64,000 nt of DNA. Origin: Trichosphaerium sp. ATCC 40318 (lineage: Eukaryota > Protista > Tubulinea). Position 1 is the stretch's first letter; each line of letters starts with the position of its first letter. A model generated the notes under the pieces. That model worked only from the letters and a program-made list of their open reading frames with translations. It made no database searches and had not been told where the DNA came from. Where the stretch lies: positions 372,001 to 436,000 of the forward strand of contig JALMLS010000564.1 in assembly GCA_038496445.1 (NCBI GenBank), read 5' to 3'. The translations under genes and the position numbers were made by a program. This document shows positions 52,107 through 64,000 of this stretch, piece by piece.

Positions 52107-54425
52107 TTACATGGTTACCATATTAGACTGTACTGTATTTGGTTGACACTGCATTAATGCGGTACCCAAATCAAGAGAAGGTACAGGAAGGTCATCAAAC
52201 AGAGGAGGGCAATTTGTACTGTATTTTGATGGAACAGGAACATGAGGAGCATGGTATCGAATTGTGGATGCAATTGCATCCTCTTTGCCTTTCCACCAAT
52301 ATGGTATTGAAATTAGGGTAATACCTAACCCATGTCAGTTACTTCTGTCTCAATACAATTTGTAGTTTTGGGGTTTTTGAAAATAAATCTCACCTGCATC
52401 ACGGCAGAGTTGTCCTTTTTCTGCGTCTCTTGCCTCGAAAATTTTTGTTGGTGATACGAACTTTAGTATATCATAATAGTGGTGTTCACCTAAAGGCAAG
52501 GTTGATTACAAGTATTAGAGGTTATGAAACGGCGAGTTTACCTTGGTATTCAAAAGCAAGGTTGAAATCAGGTACAAAAATATCAACAAAAACAGGAACA
52601 CTATTCGACTGCCTCATTCCTATACAGTGCTCTTGCTTCACTATGTTTGAAGGGAAAATGTTGTCAATACACTCTGAAAGCCACCTTTTATATGTAGATA
52701 TTAGGTGTTATAAGAATACGCGTATGTGCAAGAAGGGGTAGTACCTTTGAGTTGCTTTCTTTTTTAGTGAAAAATTTTCCCATTGCCAATTCATTTCAGG
52801 CATAACTTGCTTGAGAACTTGTGGATAATAATTAAGCATTCCAGTACCGCCAGCATTCGTTATTTGTTGCTGAGAAAGGTTATACCTATACGTCAATTCG
52901 TCAGTACAAATTAAATTTTGACTGAACAGGAAGAGGCTAGTGTACCAAGATTGTTCGTCTGTGAGTCTATACATCTTTTTTACTTTTTCGAAAAATGCAA
53001 CACGCACATCCCTATCCTGCCAGTGGCCTTTTGGAACCTTCACAATAGCATCTCTGTTAAATATTAGTGCTGTAGACTATCTCTTGTTACCAAAACAAAC
53101 ATACTTGAAGCTCCAATTGTACGACGGAAATACAGACTTTAGAGTTCTTGGCAATGAGCCACTATACCTTAAGTAGAGTGTCAGATTATGCGGGCTGGTA
53201 AACAAGAATGTAAGCTTATATCGCTATACTCACTTGGTCAATACAACTCCTCCTCCGCCACTGTGCACTTCTTTTGTCATCTGTGAATGCCAGTCATCCA
53301 TTGTTTTTATGTTTAGATCACTAGCAACTTCATTTAATCTGTTTTTTTGATTGGCTAGTATATTCCAATGTCCACTCTCAACTTGCCTACAATCGACGTT
53401 ATAAAAAGTTTTGAGTAAACAAAGGTTTATAAATTTCCGCACTGTAGTTGGTAACCTTCCCACTTGTGGTTTGGAAAAACTGTCGCTAAAGCCTTGCCGA
53501 TGGAGCCATGGTAAAGGTTTATCAAGCTCATTTCTCCAAGTCGTAATAAATGCTCGGATGATATCTTGTACCAATCGTCAAGAATCTTTATACCGAGACT
53601 CTCTCCTATGGAATCAAATCTACCTCGTTGATTATCAATATCCGCCCAAGCATTGCCATGAACATAACTACATTTGATATTATTAGAATGTCAAAAAATC
53701 ACGTGATTTCTTTTGCAACTTTGTAAATACCTGAACTTCCACATTTGCCATTCGTAGTTAGGATATACAAATTGAAGGGCTCTGAACTTTGAACCAACAT
53801 GTCTATGTGACCCAAAAGGATTAGACTGATATCTTTGTAATACAAAAAAATAATTGACGCACTTGTACATGATTGTACTTCCACTGTCACTTAGCATGTC
53901 TGACTTGGTATTGTACCAATCATCCATAGTTTTGACACCATTGTTACGTCCAATTTCTTCCATCCTTCCTGCTTGGTTTGCAATGTAGTCCCAAAATCCT
54001 AAAGGCACTCGACTACAAAAAAAAAAAGTAAGTTTATTGTTTTTCTAATTTTGTGGCGTGTACCCAAACTTTATAGGCTCCCAATCTGTGTTTGGGTACA
54101 TGACTTTTAGTACTCTATACATAGAACCTCTATACCTACGTAGGAATGAGTTTGCAATCTACGATAGTGACACTTGCAATCCCATTATTGTTGAACCACC
54201 TATGAGGCGTATTTCGATATTAGGCACTTTATACCAGTCATCTATTGTTTTAACGCCCAACTTTGGTGCAGCTGTAAAATTGAAAAAATACCGTTGCCTT
54301 TTAAGACTGGACCACGATTTAGGCTTCTTAGTACGTTTTGGTGCTACAGAATAACTTCTTGTAACAATTCTTGTTTTAGCGTTATTGTAGCGTGACAAAA
54401 CACACAACGCTGATGGTGAGCGCAT
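52107..54425 (-). CDS. Mitochondrial-type leader + five ~73-aa Trp-rich repeats + C-terminal RAP/DUF559-like PD-(D/E)XK domain (paralog B)
   Basis: Leader MRSPSALCVLSRYNNAKTRIVTRSYS. Repeat VP.G.W....NQ...(F/M)..I...LG(V/I)KT.DDWY...GG......Y.GS....L..V(Y/F)P...W. C-terminus VDIFVPDFNLAFEYQGEHHY...RDAEKGQLCRDAGITLISIPYWW. Confidence 0.8.
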
Positions 54426-54579
54426 AATCAGACAAAGTGCATGGTCTATTCGTTAGCAAGCGCTACTTCACTTAACACAACCGCGATTTGAGCGTATTAT
54501 ACGTGACACATGGGTTATTAGGGCCGGTAATAAAAACTACAAAAGTCAACAATTATCGTTTCAGTTTTGTACGAGCGCC

Positions 54580-55510
54580 ATGGCAGCAGTTGTAGAAGAA
54601 AAGACATCAGAATCTGGCATACCTAAAGCTACTTTTATTGTACAGTGATTTTTATTGAACCACAAGCTCAATATTGTATAGACCGATGTAGAGGCATTTT
54701 TAGGCGACAAGAACGCTGAAGAAATAATTGGCGAAGTTAGCGGCCTACTGCGGTAATATTCATTGTTTCGCTTTAAAACTAATGCCCGTAGTAAATATAC
54801 AGCGTGGGAAGAGCGTTTGCTCGTACAAAAGCGCAACATGTTGGTAAAGCTTCCAAACCTCAAGAGCACATTAAACATGCTAGTACACTTGAAGAAAAAA
54901 CACGTACGACTACTTAGGTTTAAACAGAAAAACATTATCCTTTCAAAAGCGTCACATTCCTTACACAAGCACACAGGAAGCAAAAGAGGCTGTTATCACA
55001 GATTTTGAAGTCGCAGCTGGCATGTATGCTAAAGCAAAATGCAACGATACTGACAAGGTTTTTATTTGGCTTGGCGTAAGTACTACCATCGTTTACAAAC
55101 CCACGACGCCATAACTACCTGACATATGTCAAAATGGACAAAATTTTTTCTTTTTTTTTTGTGGAAATTCGCTTCCTCCTTCTCACTTGTAATACTAGGC
55201 AAACGTTATGGTCGAATTTACCCATGAGGAAGCTCTTAAAGAACTTGAATCCAACAGAAAGGGAGCAGAGGAGCGATTAGCAGAATTGAACAAACAACTC
55301 GATTTCCTAAAAGATCAAATTACAGTGACACAAGTCAGTATCCTCCTCACCGTTGTTTACATCTGCTGAGCAAGTAGTTTTGTTTGTAAACCACGTTTTT
55401 TTTTTGAATTTTTTGATTTTATTATTTTACGCTTTTAACTCTACAAAGATCGTTCTCGCCTTATCAATTGCACTGTAAACCGCAAGCGCAAGCAACAACA
55501 AAAAAAATAA
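54580..55510 (+). CDS. PFDN3: Prefoldin subunit 3
   Basis: GIPKATFI, FEVAAGMYAKA, KVFIWLG.NVMVEF, LDFLKDQITVTQV|NRSRLIN. Confidence 0.92.
55338..55448 (+). other. U12-type GT-AG intron in PFDN3
   Basis: Donor GTATCCTC, branch-like GCTTTTAAC followed by TCTACAAAG; splicing gives the conserved V-N junction. Confidence 0.75.
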
Positions 55511-55876
55511 AAAAAACAAACGAAAAAGTTTAACTACGCACCTGTTTTGAATTTTTGTTACCTCGCATCAAGAAATTGCCATTTTGGCGCTCTTTGTTCT
55601 TTATGTACGTTGGAGATGGTGAAATTTTGCTTCTTTTTGTTTTTTAACCTAAACTGTGCTCCGTGTACCCGCTAGTCCCTTTTAAAGTCAAAACGCCTTA
55701 ATTTCGGAGTGCACAACAATGTGATTAATTTGTACAAATTTCTGAACTATGAATTGCTGCATGCATGCGTCTCACATCGCATGTGTTTAATTACACCTCA
55801 AATGAGCTTTTTCACCCTATAGACAAATCTGAACAGTAATTTTGACGTCCCGAAGCAAGTTACATTTAATTACACC

Positions 55877-58800
55877 ATGGAAAGACCCCTAAAGGTTGAG
55901 CGATTTGCTGTTTTGGATTCTCCTATAGACAAAACTCCTCTTCTTTCCTTATTAAAGTTAAAAAAACCATAAATTGTTCATTTGGACCGCTAACGGCATT
56001 ACAAGCGTCCGAACTCACCACGATTCATCAGGCGCCCGCGTGCAGTCAACTTTGATAACAACAAGCTATCAAGAAGAAGGCCAAGAACGCCAAGAAGGCA
56101 AAAAACGCGCTCAATGAGGTACGTCGATGCAACCAATACTTTAAACGCGCATACAACAATTATTTTTACGGTTTGTCTTCTCATATTTGTTTTTATTAGT
56201 ACGCCACCCGTTCCAACGAAAAAACCAACGAAATTGCCGAATGTGCATTCGAGAACCGACAGCTCAATGGACAGTAGTCATTCTTTTATACCGGTTGTAG
56301 AGGATACGCATTGTGTACGCTACATAGCCTTTTTAGACCCAAGTCTTACTGTTTTTGCGTAGTTCGACCAACAGGCCATCAAGGTAGATGACAAGTCAGT
56401 TCCGTTTATGCTAGAGTCAATTCTGAGGATAATGGGTTATGACAAATCACGCAGTAGAGAGATAACGCGACAAATTGCAAAAGACATTACGCACAAGACG
56501 GCTATGATAGGCGCTAAACGTGTATCAAAACTGAAGTATGTCATTGACACTGCCCAAAGATCACTTGATTATCATACACAATTGGCTGAAGTAGTGAAAT
56601 TGCAAAGTTGGATAAGAGGCTACAAAGTGCAAGTATTAGATTTACCAGGGATACGTAAGTATAGAAAGTTTCGAGTTCATCATTTCTGAACATAAATAGG
56701 AGAAAGAAAAGGTAAACACTTTGATTTCTTAAAGCTTATTGGTCAAGAGCAAACCTTTGTAAACCGTATGGATGACTTGACAAAGGTACAAATTGTTTTA
56801 CATTATTAAATCTATACCTTGTTTTTTAACATACCATTAGGTCTATATAGCTCCTCTCCAAATTAAGTCTCGGCTAGTATCACAAGACGACCTTTCAATT
56901 ATGTCTGTAAAGATACCTGAATTGCATAAGAAACATACAAGTCTTCTCTCTAAGCTATACACTGTTCGTGATAACTGGCCAAATATATCAGGCGTTCGTG
57001 CAGTAATAAATGAGGTACAAATATCCACTAATTGTCAGACTTTTTTTTTTGTTAATATTAAACTAGATGGCTCAGCGCAGTGTTTATGTACCATACATAA
57101 AGAATGTTAGGCATGCGCTTAACACCTTGAAACGTTTGAAGAAGAGTAATCCGGAGTTGATTACATTTTTAGATACTGTACGCCACTACAACTGCTTGGA
57201 GCGCGCGTAGCTTACTAGTTCTAGCAACGACAACAAACATTGACGAAAGAAACAATGTTTACCCTTCTTGCCGACCCAGTATCACACTTACAGAGCGTAC
57301 ACGCTACAATACAGGTAACTGCCAATTGAGTTTTATATTCGCCTTTAACTTTTTTAGTCCCTCTCATCAAATACGCCAGCTACGGACCCAGACTATGACG
57401 CTCTAGCAGCGACAGCAGCTGTACGATCATTTTGTTATTTGAGCTTCATTACTAAACATATTGCAGTACATGGAAAAGGTTATGCGCTGGGTTAAACATT
57501 ATTTAAAGTATTCAAGAAATTGGGCAGTTATAAAGGATATGCAAAGAAAACTTGGAGGCCTTAGTGACGTAATGAAAACCTCGCGCTTTTACTTCACGTG
57601 TATCGTGCTAACGTTATTGTAGTTACCTAATCCAAGGCGAGAATTTTTGGCAGAATATGACGTAACATACAAAAAGAGGAGTAGCAAGTGCTACATTTTC
57701 AACGACTTGTTAATAGTCGCAACCGGTAGAATTAAAGAGGATACGCCGACGTATAAAGCAAAAATTGTTTGCTCCTATAAGGATATGTCAGTGCCTTCAC
57801 AAACTGCAAAACAACCTGGTACGCTATAATTATAACGTGTGTATAGCCATTATTCATGTTTAACTCTTTTATTCTAGGCGATACAGCGCTTGGATTTGTT
57901 CATGAAGCTAAAAAGTATGTTTTGTATTTTACATCAATGGAATTCCGTGATACCGTGTGGAAAGCGATATATAATCTTACGGAGTGTTGTAGCGGTAAAT
58001 GTAAAGGTATGATCTTTTTTATCATTATTTATTTTTTGACGTTTTATGGGCGCTAGTTAACTCCTTTTAATTAGTTTTCGGGACACCTTTATCGCGTGTT
58101 GTAAATTATCAGAGTACAGTTAATGGCGTACCAAATGTTGTAAGATGCATGCAGAAATATTTACTTATGGGTAAGCCTATTTATTGTCAGAGAAGCTAAG
58201 TTGTAAAAATACTGACGTCGAAGCAGGTGATCATGTTAGGTTGGAAGGTATCTTTCGAGTGCCAGGCGATAACACAGCCATAGAGGAACTCATCAATGAG
58301 TTTAATTTCTCAGGTACCGTCCTTTTTGAGCAAGACTTTTATGTTGACATGTTTTGTTGTTCAGAGCACATGAGTGCGGTGGATTTGTATTCTTATGATG
58401 CACATACAATTGCTGGTGTATTGAAAAGCTTTTTCCGAAGGATGCCAGAACCAGTACTAACCTATAAACTATTTGACTCTTTCCTGAAAGTCGCTGGTAC
58501 GTCAACATTTTTGTATCATTTGTTTTTCAAATACTTGTAACATTGTCTAAATACTTTACAATAGATGAGCAAGATAGCCAAACGCTTATCAAGAAGGTTA
58601 AAAAGCTAGTTGATCAAATACCTACAGCTAACAGGCGTTTATTGCGCTCTATGCTAAAATTCTTGAAGAAGGTGTCTTCTTATTCGGTACTGCTTAAAAT
58701 TATAGCGACAATGCTGACGGCCTTATTAAGGATGCTAACATGATGGGGATTCCTAATCTTGCTATTGTATTTGGAAATAATTTCATGTTCCCTAAACAAG

Positions 58801-59608
58801 ATCCTACATCCACAACTACAGTAGCTGATATATCCCTTCGCACAACGTTAAACATAGACAAAGTTGTCAGGTATTTATACTTTTTTGATGAACAATTATG
58901 AGATCCTCAGAGAGCTTACTATTTTTTTATAGAGTGGTGTCTTGTATGATTGAAAGCTATGAAGAAATTATCCCTAGCACCAAGTCTACACAAAGCCCTA
59001 TCAAAAAGAAAGCTAGTGGAAGAAGTCTTTTAAGTAGCAGTAGCAGTGGAAGTAGCAGGAAAAAGAAGCGAATCCAAACTATTGAATTGAGCTTGGATGA
59101 TATAAGTTTCTTAAAGACTTCTAGACGTAGGTCTGCACCGTCTTGGTCTATTGATGGTACAGAACTTTCTCCACCAAGAAACTATCCTAAATCTGCTCGA
59201 AACACTCAACACAAGCGCCTAGCTACATCGGTACTAAAACTAAGCTGTTCGGTACTTTACTAACCGAATACTGTATAGCCTGAAGGGTCGCACAATTTTA
59301 AATTATCGCGGTCGTCTTCAGACCTACCTGATCCTCTCGGATTTGGTAAAGCAGCCGCACAAAATGGACGCTTTCGAGATAGAAGTAGTTCTCCTAGTGC
59401 TCCTGCAGAACAGGTACAATCCTTGTTTTTAGTGAATTTGTGCTTATAGCCCTTTTTTAGAAGCGAAAAAAGAATAATAGATTATCTCAATCGTTCAAGT
59501 CGAACCCACTAAAGGGTTATAAAGACAAGGAATCAAAAAATAAATCACCTAGAAACGGTGCAGGAGGAATACGTGGTAGCAGAAAGCACAAGAAATCGCG
59601 TCTTTTAA
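55877..59608 (+). CDS. IQ + RhoGEF(DH)-like + PH + RhoGAP protein
   Basis: IQ VVKLQSWIRGY, DH-like helices, PH CYIFNDLLIV, RhoGAP FGTPL...EGIFRVPG...HTIAGVLKSFFRRMPEPVLT...NLAIVFG, Ser-rich tail. Confidence 0.85.
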
Positions 59609-59846
59609 GCTGAGTTTCAACAATTTTATATCGCTTTTACAAGTTGTATTTGTACATTACTAATAAAGTCTCTGATCTGGTAAACCTTTCGTTGTATTTT
59701 AAACATGTGTAAGTATGTACTCAGCGGAAAATCGGACTTTTGATCATCAGGTATTCTTGTCTCCGAACGCCCGGAATTATGCTACACATAGAATTTCGCT
59801 ACCAAAACTTCTTTTATCATAAATCAAGTACAAACCATTCTACAAC

Positions 59847-60422
59847 ATGAACTACGTACTCTTTGCTGTCATCTTTTTCGTGGGCATGGCCCTCTCTGAT
59901 ACATGGTCCGATTGCTCTGCTGGTAAAGGACACATTACCTCCATCAATTGCGTCATTGGACCTACACCAGTAACAGTCGGTAAAAACATTACCGCTAAGT
60001 GCAAAGGACAATTATGTACGAACATACGTATAAAATTCTAGCTTATGCTTCGTAGCTGCTGAAATCACTGGAGGACAACTTCTTTTTGACGCTTCATACA
60101 ACGCAGGTGGTACTTGGATTCCATTGTACGTTCTATTCTTTTGTTCGTAAGTTTTCGAGTCTAACGTCGTTATTTAGACCTCAAATTACCTCTGGATTCT
60201 GTGGTATTGCTGTAAAGTGCCCTGTGCCTCCTGGACCTACTGATATCGGCTACACCGTTCAAGTACCAGTTATCACACCACCTGTACGTATTTGTACCGC
60301 CCCTAGCGTTAATTTCGTAATTAATTATCACCTAGGGTGAATACAAAGGAACAATTCACACCTACGACCAGAACAAAGCTCTATTGGCTTGTGTAACTTT
60401 TGACTACACTATCGTATCGTAA
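59847..60422 (+). CDS. ML/NPC2-domain lipid-binding protein
   Basis: Signal peptide, WSDC, P.PVTVGKNIT, FC..VKCPVPPG, PPGEY, LLACVTF. Confidence 0.85.
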
Positions 60423-61029
60423 AATAAAGCGTTAACTTTTCCGTTGATAGTTCGATCAAGTTTTGTGTTCAATAAGAATTCTGTGTTGGTGCTTATCGTC
60501 ACTGTAACAGTGGTTAACTGGGCCGATAATAAAAGTCATTCGGTTTTCGCAATGTTCAAGTAGAATCTAGATTTCTCGGCATTCCAGAATTCGTTGTTAA
60601 TCCATTGACGCGCAGAATATTAATATATTTTGATTGAATAAATCGGTTGATTCTACATGCTCGTTTACGTTTCCAGTCTGTAATTGATGTTAAGATTCGC
60701 GTTATTTATTTCACGATGTTTCTCGTGAGATTTCACGTAAAACTTATTGATAGAGGGCTTCTTGTGACGTTTCTGCTTTAAGAATGACCGTGATCAACCC
60801 TAAAAGCGGTAGTGTAGACTATAAACTATACATACCATTAAATAGGTTGATAAAGCTCCAATACGTAGTATTAGCACTCGCTAATACTATGTATCGCGAA
60901 AGAAGTGCTCGTGCAGCAAAGTGTTTATCGAGGAAACCAAATAAAAATTGTGGTTGTCACGTCATTCTTGTTTCACTGACTTGAAAAAATCAAAATCAAC
61001 AACAACCAACACAAACAACAACAAGCTAA

Positions 61030-61935
61030 ATGTCAAACAAACAAACATCAACCAACAACAAGACAAAGAAACTTGTCACTCAAAAGAAGAAACCATCAAA
61101 GGCACCAGTGTACGTTAATTTATCGTCAAGTGAAATCCAATGATTACTGACACTCTTCATGATAGTACAAAGAAACCCACAGTTAACCCTGCAACTGTTG
61201 GAGGAGGTGTCGGAGGCACATTCATGAAGTCATTGCGTATGTTCTAAAGCCTGTGATGTAGTCTAACAGTTTATGATAGCAAAACCTTGTGGTGTTGCTG
61301 GTTTGGCACCTTGTATCGGAATCATCAGCCCAAATCCAAATGGTACATGTTATTGTGCTCATATCAGCGACTCTTGCTCAATGAAAACATGGTGGACACC
61401 ATACGATAAGATTCAAAAAGCAGTTCGTACAGCTTGGATTGAAGAAAAAATCAAATCTGGTTTAGGTATGTAATTGTTTGCTTTGTTACTTTTGGTGATC
61501 GTGATGTATGACTCACCCTCTGGTCTAGGAAATCATCCAATCTGTAAAAGAACCTTTTACGTGATGACAGGAATGCCAAAAGCAAATGCAACACTTGCAG
61601 CTGTACTTGAGGTATTGAAGGGTGCTCGCAAAGTGATCAACAAAACAGGATGTAGAAGGTTTAAAAGTGGATTCTACTTGAATTCCAAGGGTGTTATTCG
61701 TCCACTTGTTGAACCTGATGCACTTTGGGCATCTGGTTGGGTTAAAGGAACAACACTATCACAACGTTATAAGAAGATGCCAAATAACAAGGTCAATGGA
61801 GATGGCATATTTGAAGTACCTGAAATGAAAAAGTTTGATACAGTCGTTTCACAAGTTCGTAAAGTAAAGAAGGGTTTGGTCAGTAAAGATGACCCAGCAC
61901 TCAAAAAATTCAGGCCTGTATTGGCGAAGGTATGA
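61030..61935 (+). CDS. Hypothetical protein with a CheD/CNF1/YfiH-like Cys-His motif
   Basis: GVAGLAPCIGIISPNPNGTCYCAHIS; exons joined by GT-AG introns. Confidence 0.55.
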
Positions 61936-62548
61936 TCACATGTGAACTTTCGTATCGTTGGATGATACGCCTTGTATATACTACTATAAATAAACAAACC
62001 CTTTATCAATACTTTTTTATTTTATTCAGCTGAGGTAAGTCACGGACAATATAGGGCTTAGAGTAGCAGTATTTCTAGATTCTAGAATCTAGAATTTATC
62101 TGTAAAGTTAATTGGATGGGCATCTCTCAGAGCTACATGTAGAAAACACATTTTTTCTGCCATTTTAACTGTATCAGTCACCTTTTTAGACTAAAAAAGA
62201 AACCATTGAGAAGCAGAGATTTTTGCAAACGCTTTCGGTACTTTTTCGATTATTCTAAAACCTAACCAAAGGCATGGACTATGTACGAAGCTGTCTGGGA
62301 AAGCAATGGCAACCTATTAGGTAACGTATTGACTTTGTAGATCCAAAGACGCATAGTCTGGCTCAGCCAGAAAGTACTGGCAGTCGTTTGTTGCTGGCCA
62401 TCAAATAGCGTTATTAGAGTCTCTGTACGTTACTTGACAGGCAACTATGACCCATGGACTTGCTAGAATTTGTTTCAATCCAGAGTCTGATCTGATTGGA
62501 TTTTGTTTGACTTTTGGTATTGTCCACCCGCATATTTATGGCACGCAA

Positions 62549-63283
62549 ATGGAACAAAGCTCCGCTATTAAAAAGGTTGGTACAAAAATTGGATTTGTTC
62601 TAAATTAGCGCTAGATAAACATCTTGCCATCCTGTAGCCACCAATTACTACATCTGCCTGTTGAATTACACCTTTATATTGCTGATTTAGACTTTGAAGT
62701 GTTTAAAAAATGGTCTATACTATCCAAACACACAGCAACAACAACCAGGTTTGATATTGATCTTAAAAAACACGGAAAGTGGGTAAAACACAGCAGATAT
62801 TTTCAAGCCGCCAGAGTAGAACAATATTGGAGACATGGTCAACGCACTGGCGAATGTAAGACTTTTCGTGAAGACGGTCAACCGTATGAGAGGTATTACT
62901 GTGTAAAAGGTTTGAAACAAGGGCAATTTAAGAAGTGGTACCTTAATGGTCAATTGTCTGAGGAGTGTACTTATGTCTCTGGCAAAAAAGACGGAGAGTT
63001 CAAAAAGTGGTTTGATAACGGTACATTGTGGATTCAATGCCAATGTGTCAATGGTAAAAAAGAAGGAGAGTTTACGCACTGGTATATCAATGGTCAAAAG
63101 AGGATGCATGGATATTATGTTAATGATAAAATGGAAGGAGAATACAAGCAATGGTTTGACAATGGTCAGTTAAAAGAGATATGTAATTTTGTCAATAGTT
63201 GCAGAGAAGGCGAGTACACAAAATGGTATGACAATGGAGAATTAATAAAAAAAGGCCGCTATGTTGATGGCATAGCCATATAG
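62549..63283 (+). CDS. F-box-like + MORN-variant repeat protein, paralog 2
   Basis: MEQSSAIKK|INILPSCSHQLLHLPVELHLYIADL (intron 62576-62614, same K|I junction as paralog 1), then ~24-aa repeats. May extend upstream to ~62274. Confidence 0.8.
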
Positions 63284-63423
63284 TAAGTAGCCTTTGACTT
63301 ACAAGGGAATTCACCAGCCAGTTCGGCTTCGTTTCATTTAACACGTGACTAGAAACAAAACCTTACTTTATTTCTGTTTAAACAAATGAATGCCTTGTTG
63401 ATGTATTGTTGGTTTCTTTTTTT

Positions 63424-64000
63424 TTAAACCCTTCTGTACCTATCAGTGGATTGCGTTTGGCCTACTTGTTTTGGCTTTTCGAATTTACTTACTATCTTGT
63501 CGAGAGCCTCCAATGTCTTTGAAAGTGCTTCAGCATCTTCTTCGAGCGTGTCTATCTACACTGATTTAGTGGAAAGTTAAAGTTAATTACTAGTACCTCT
63601 TTTTCTAGGTAAGCCTTGAACACATTACATTTTTCTTTCCATTCTTCTCTTGTTGTAGTGTCTTCCTTACTGACAGGAGCAAGTACAGTTTTTAAGAAAC
63701 GAACATATCTCATTAGCATAACTGACTTGCGGGCACACTTATTTTGGTAAAATTCTGTATCTCCCTACACTGCGTGAGACGTAATTAAGAAAAATGACGA
63801 ACGTCAGGAATTTTTACGACATCTTCAAAGGAGTATTCCTTCTCATCTCTTGTGTTGTACGTCGTTCTAAATAATTAAAATCCATAAAAATACTACAACT
63901 TACCTAAGGATACTTTCAGTTGCTTGGTCCTTATGTTTGCGTTGTACTTGTACGACCACAACTCCACCTTGTGTCTTTCCGTCTTCTTGCCTGCTAGGGC
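63424..64000 (-). CDS. 3' part of a hypothetical multi-exon protein running off the window
   Basis: Short GT-AG-bounded exons ending IDTLEEDAEALSKTLEALDKIVSKF...RYRRV*. Confidence 0.5.

Noticed and set aside
1-64000. CRISPR arrays, rRNA, tRNA, transposase/RT genes, telomeric arrays, alternative genetic code
   Set aside because: None were recognisable by eye. All assembled genes use TAA, TAG and TGA as ordinary stops.

Overview
AT-rich eukaryotic nuclear DNA, gene-dense (about 30 genes) and broken up by many very short spliceosomal introns (mostly about 33-110 nt). Donors are usually GTAC/GTAA/GTAT and branch sites CTAAY-like, so the ORF track shows only exon fragments. The gene content suggests a protist, possibly an amoebozoan (inference). 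The standard genetic code fits every gene model I assembled. Recognisable genes: eIF2B-gamma, YKT6, Nup188, RasGEF, arylsulfatase, RabGGTase beta, a TLC-domain protein, a CKAP2-like protein, a Rab, TMEM69/DUF3429, a Ser/Thr kinase, an SLC45/SUC transporter, a peroxisomal HAD hydrolase, an RBR E3 ligase, an inositol 5-phosphatase, a KAR5/GEX1-like protein, an Apd1/Aim32 ferredoxin, a His-phosphatase, prefoldin 3, a RhoGEF-PH-RhoGAP, an ML/NPC2 protein and five F-box genes. Most notable: (1) two paralogs of a ~73-aa Trp-rich tandem-repeat family. One has a mitochondrial-type leader and a C-terminal RAP/PD-(D/E)XK nuclease-like domain; the other stops just before it. This is a candidate PPR/OPR-like organellar RNA-processing system. 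(2) Three U12-type (minor spliceosome) introns, one with AT-AA ends. (3) An unassigned ~255-nt structured RNA candidate between a TATA box and a T-run/Sm-like site. (4) Two F-box/MORN-variant fusions. All models were spliced by eye, so boundaries are approximate.
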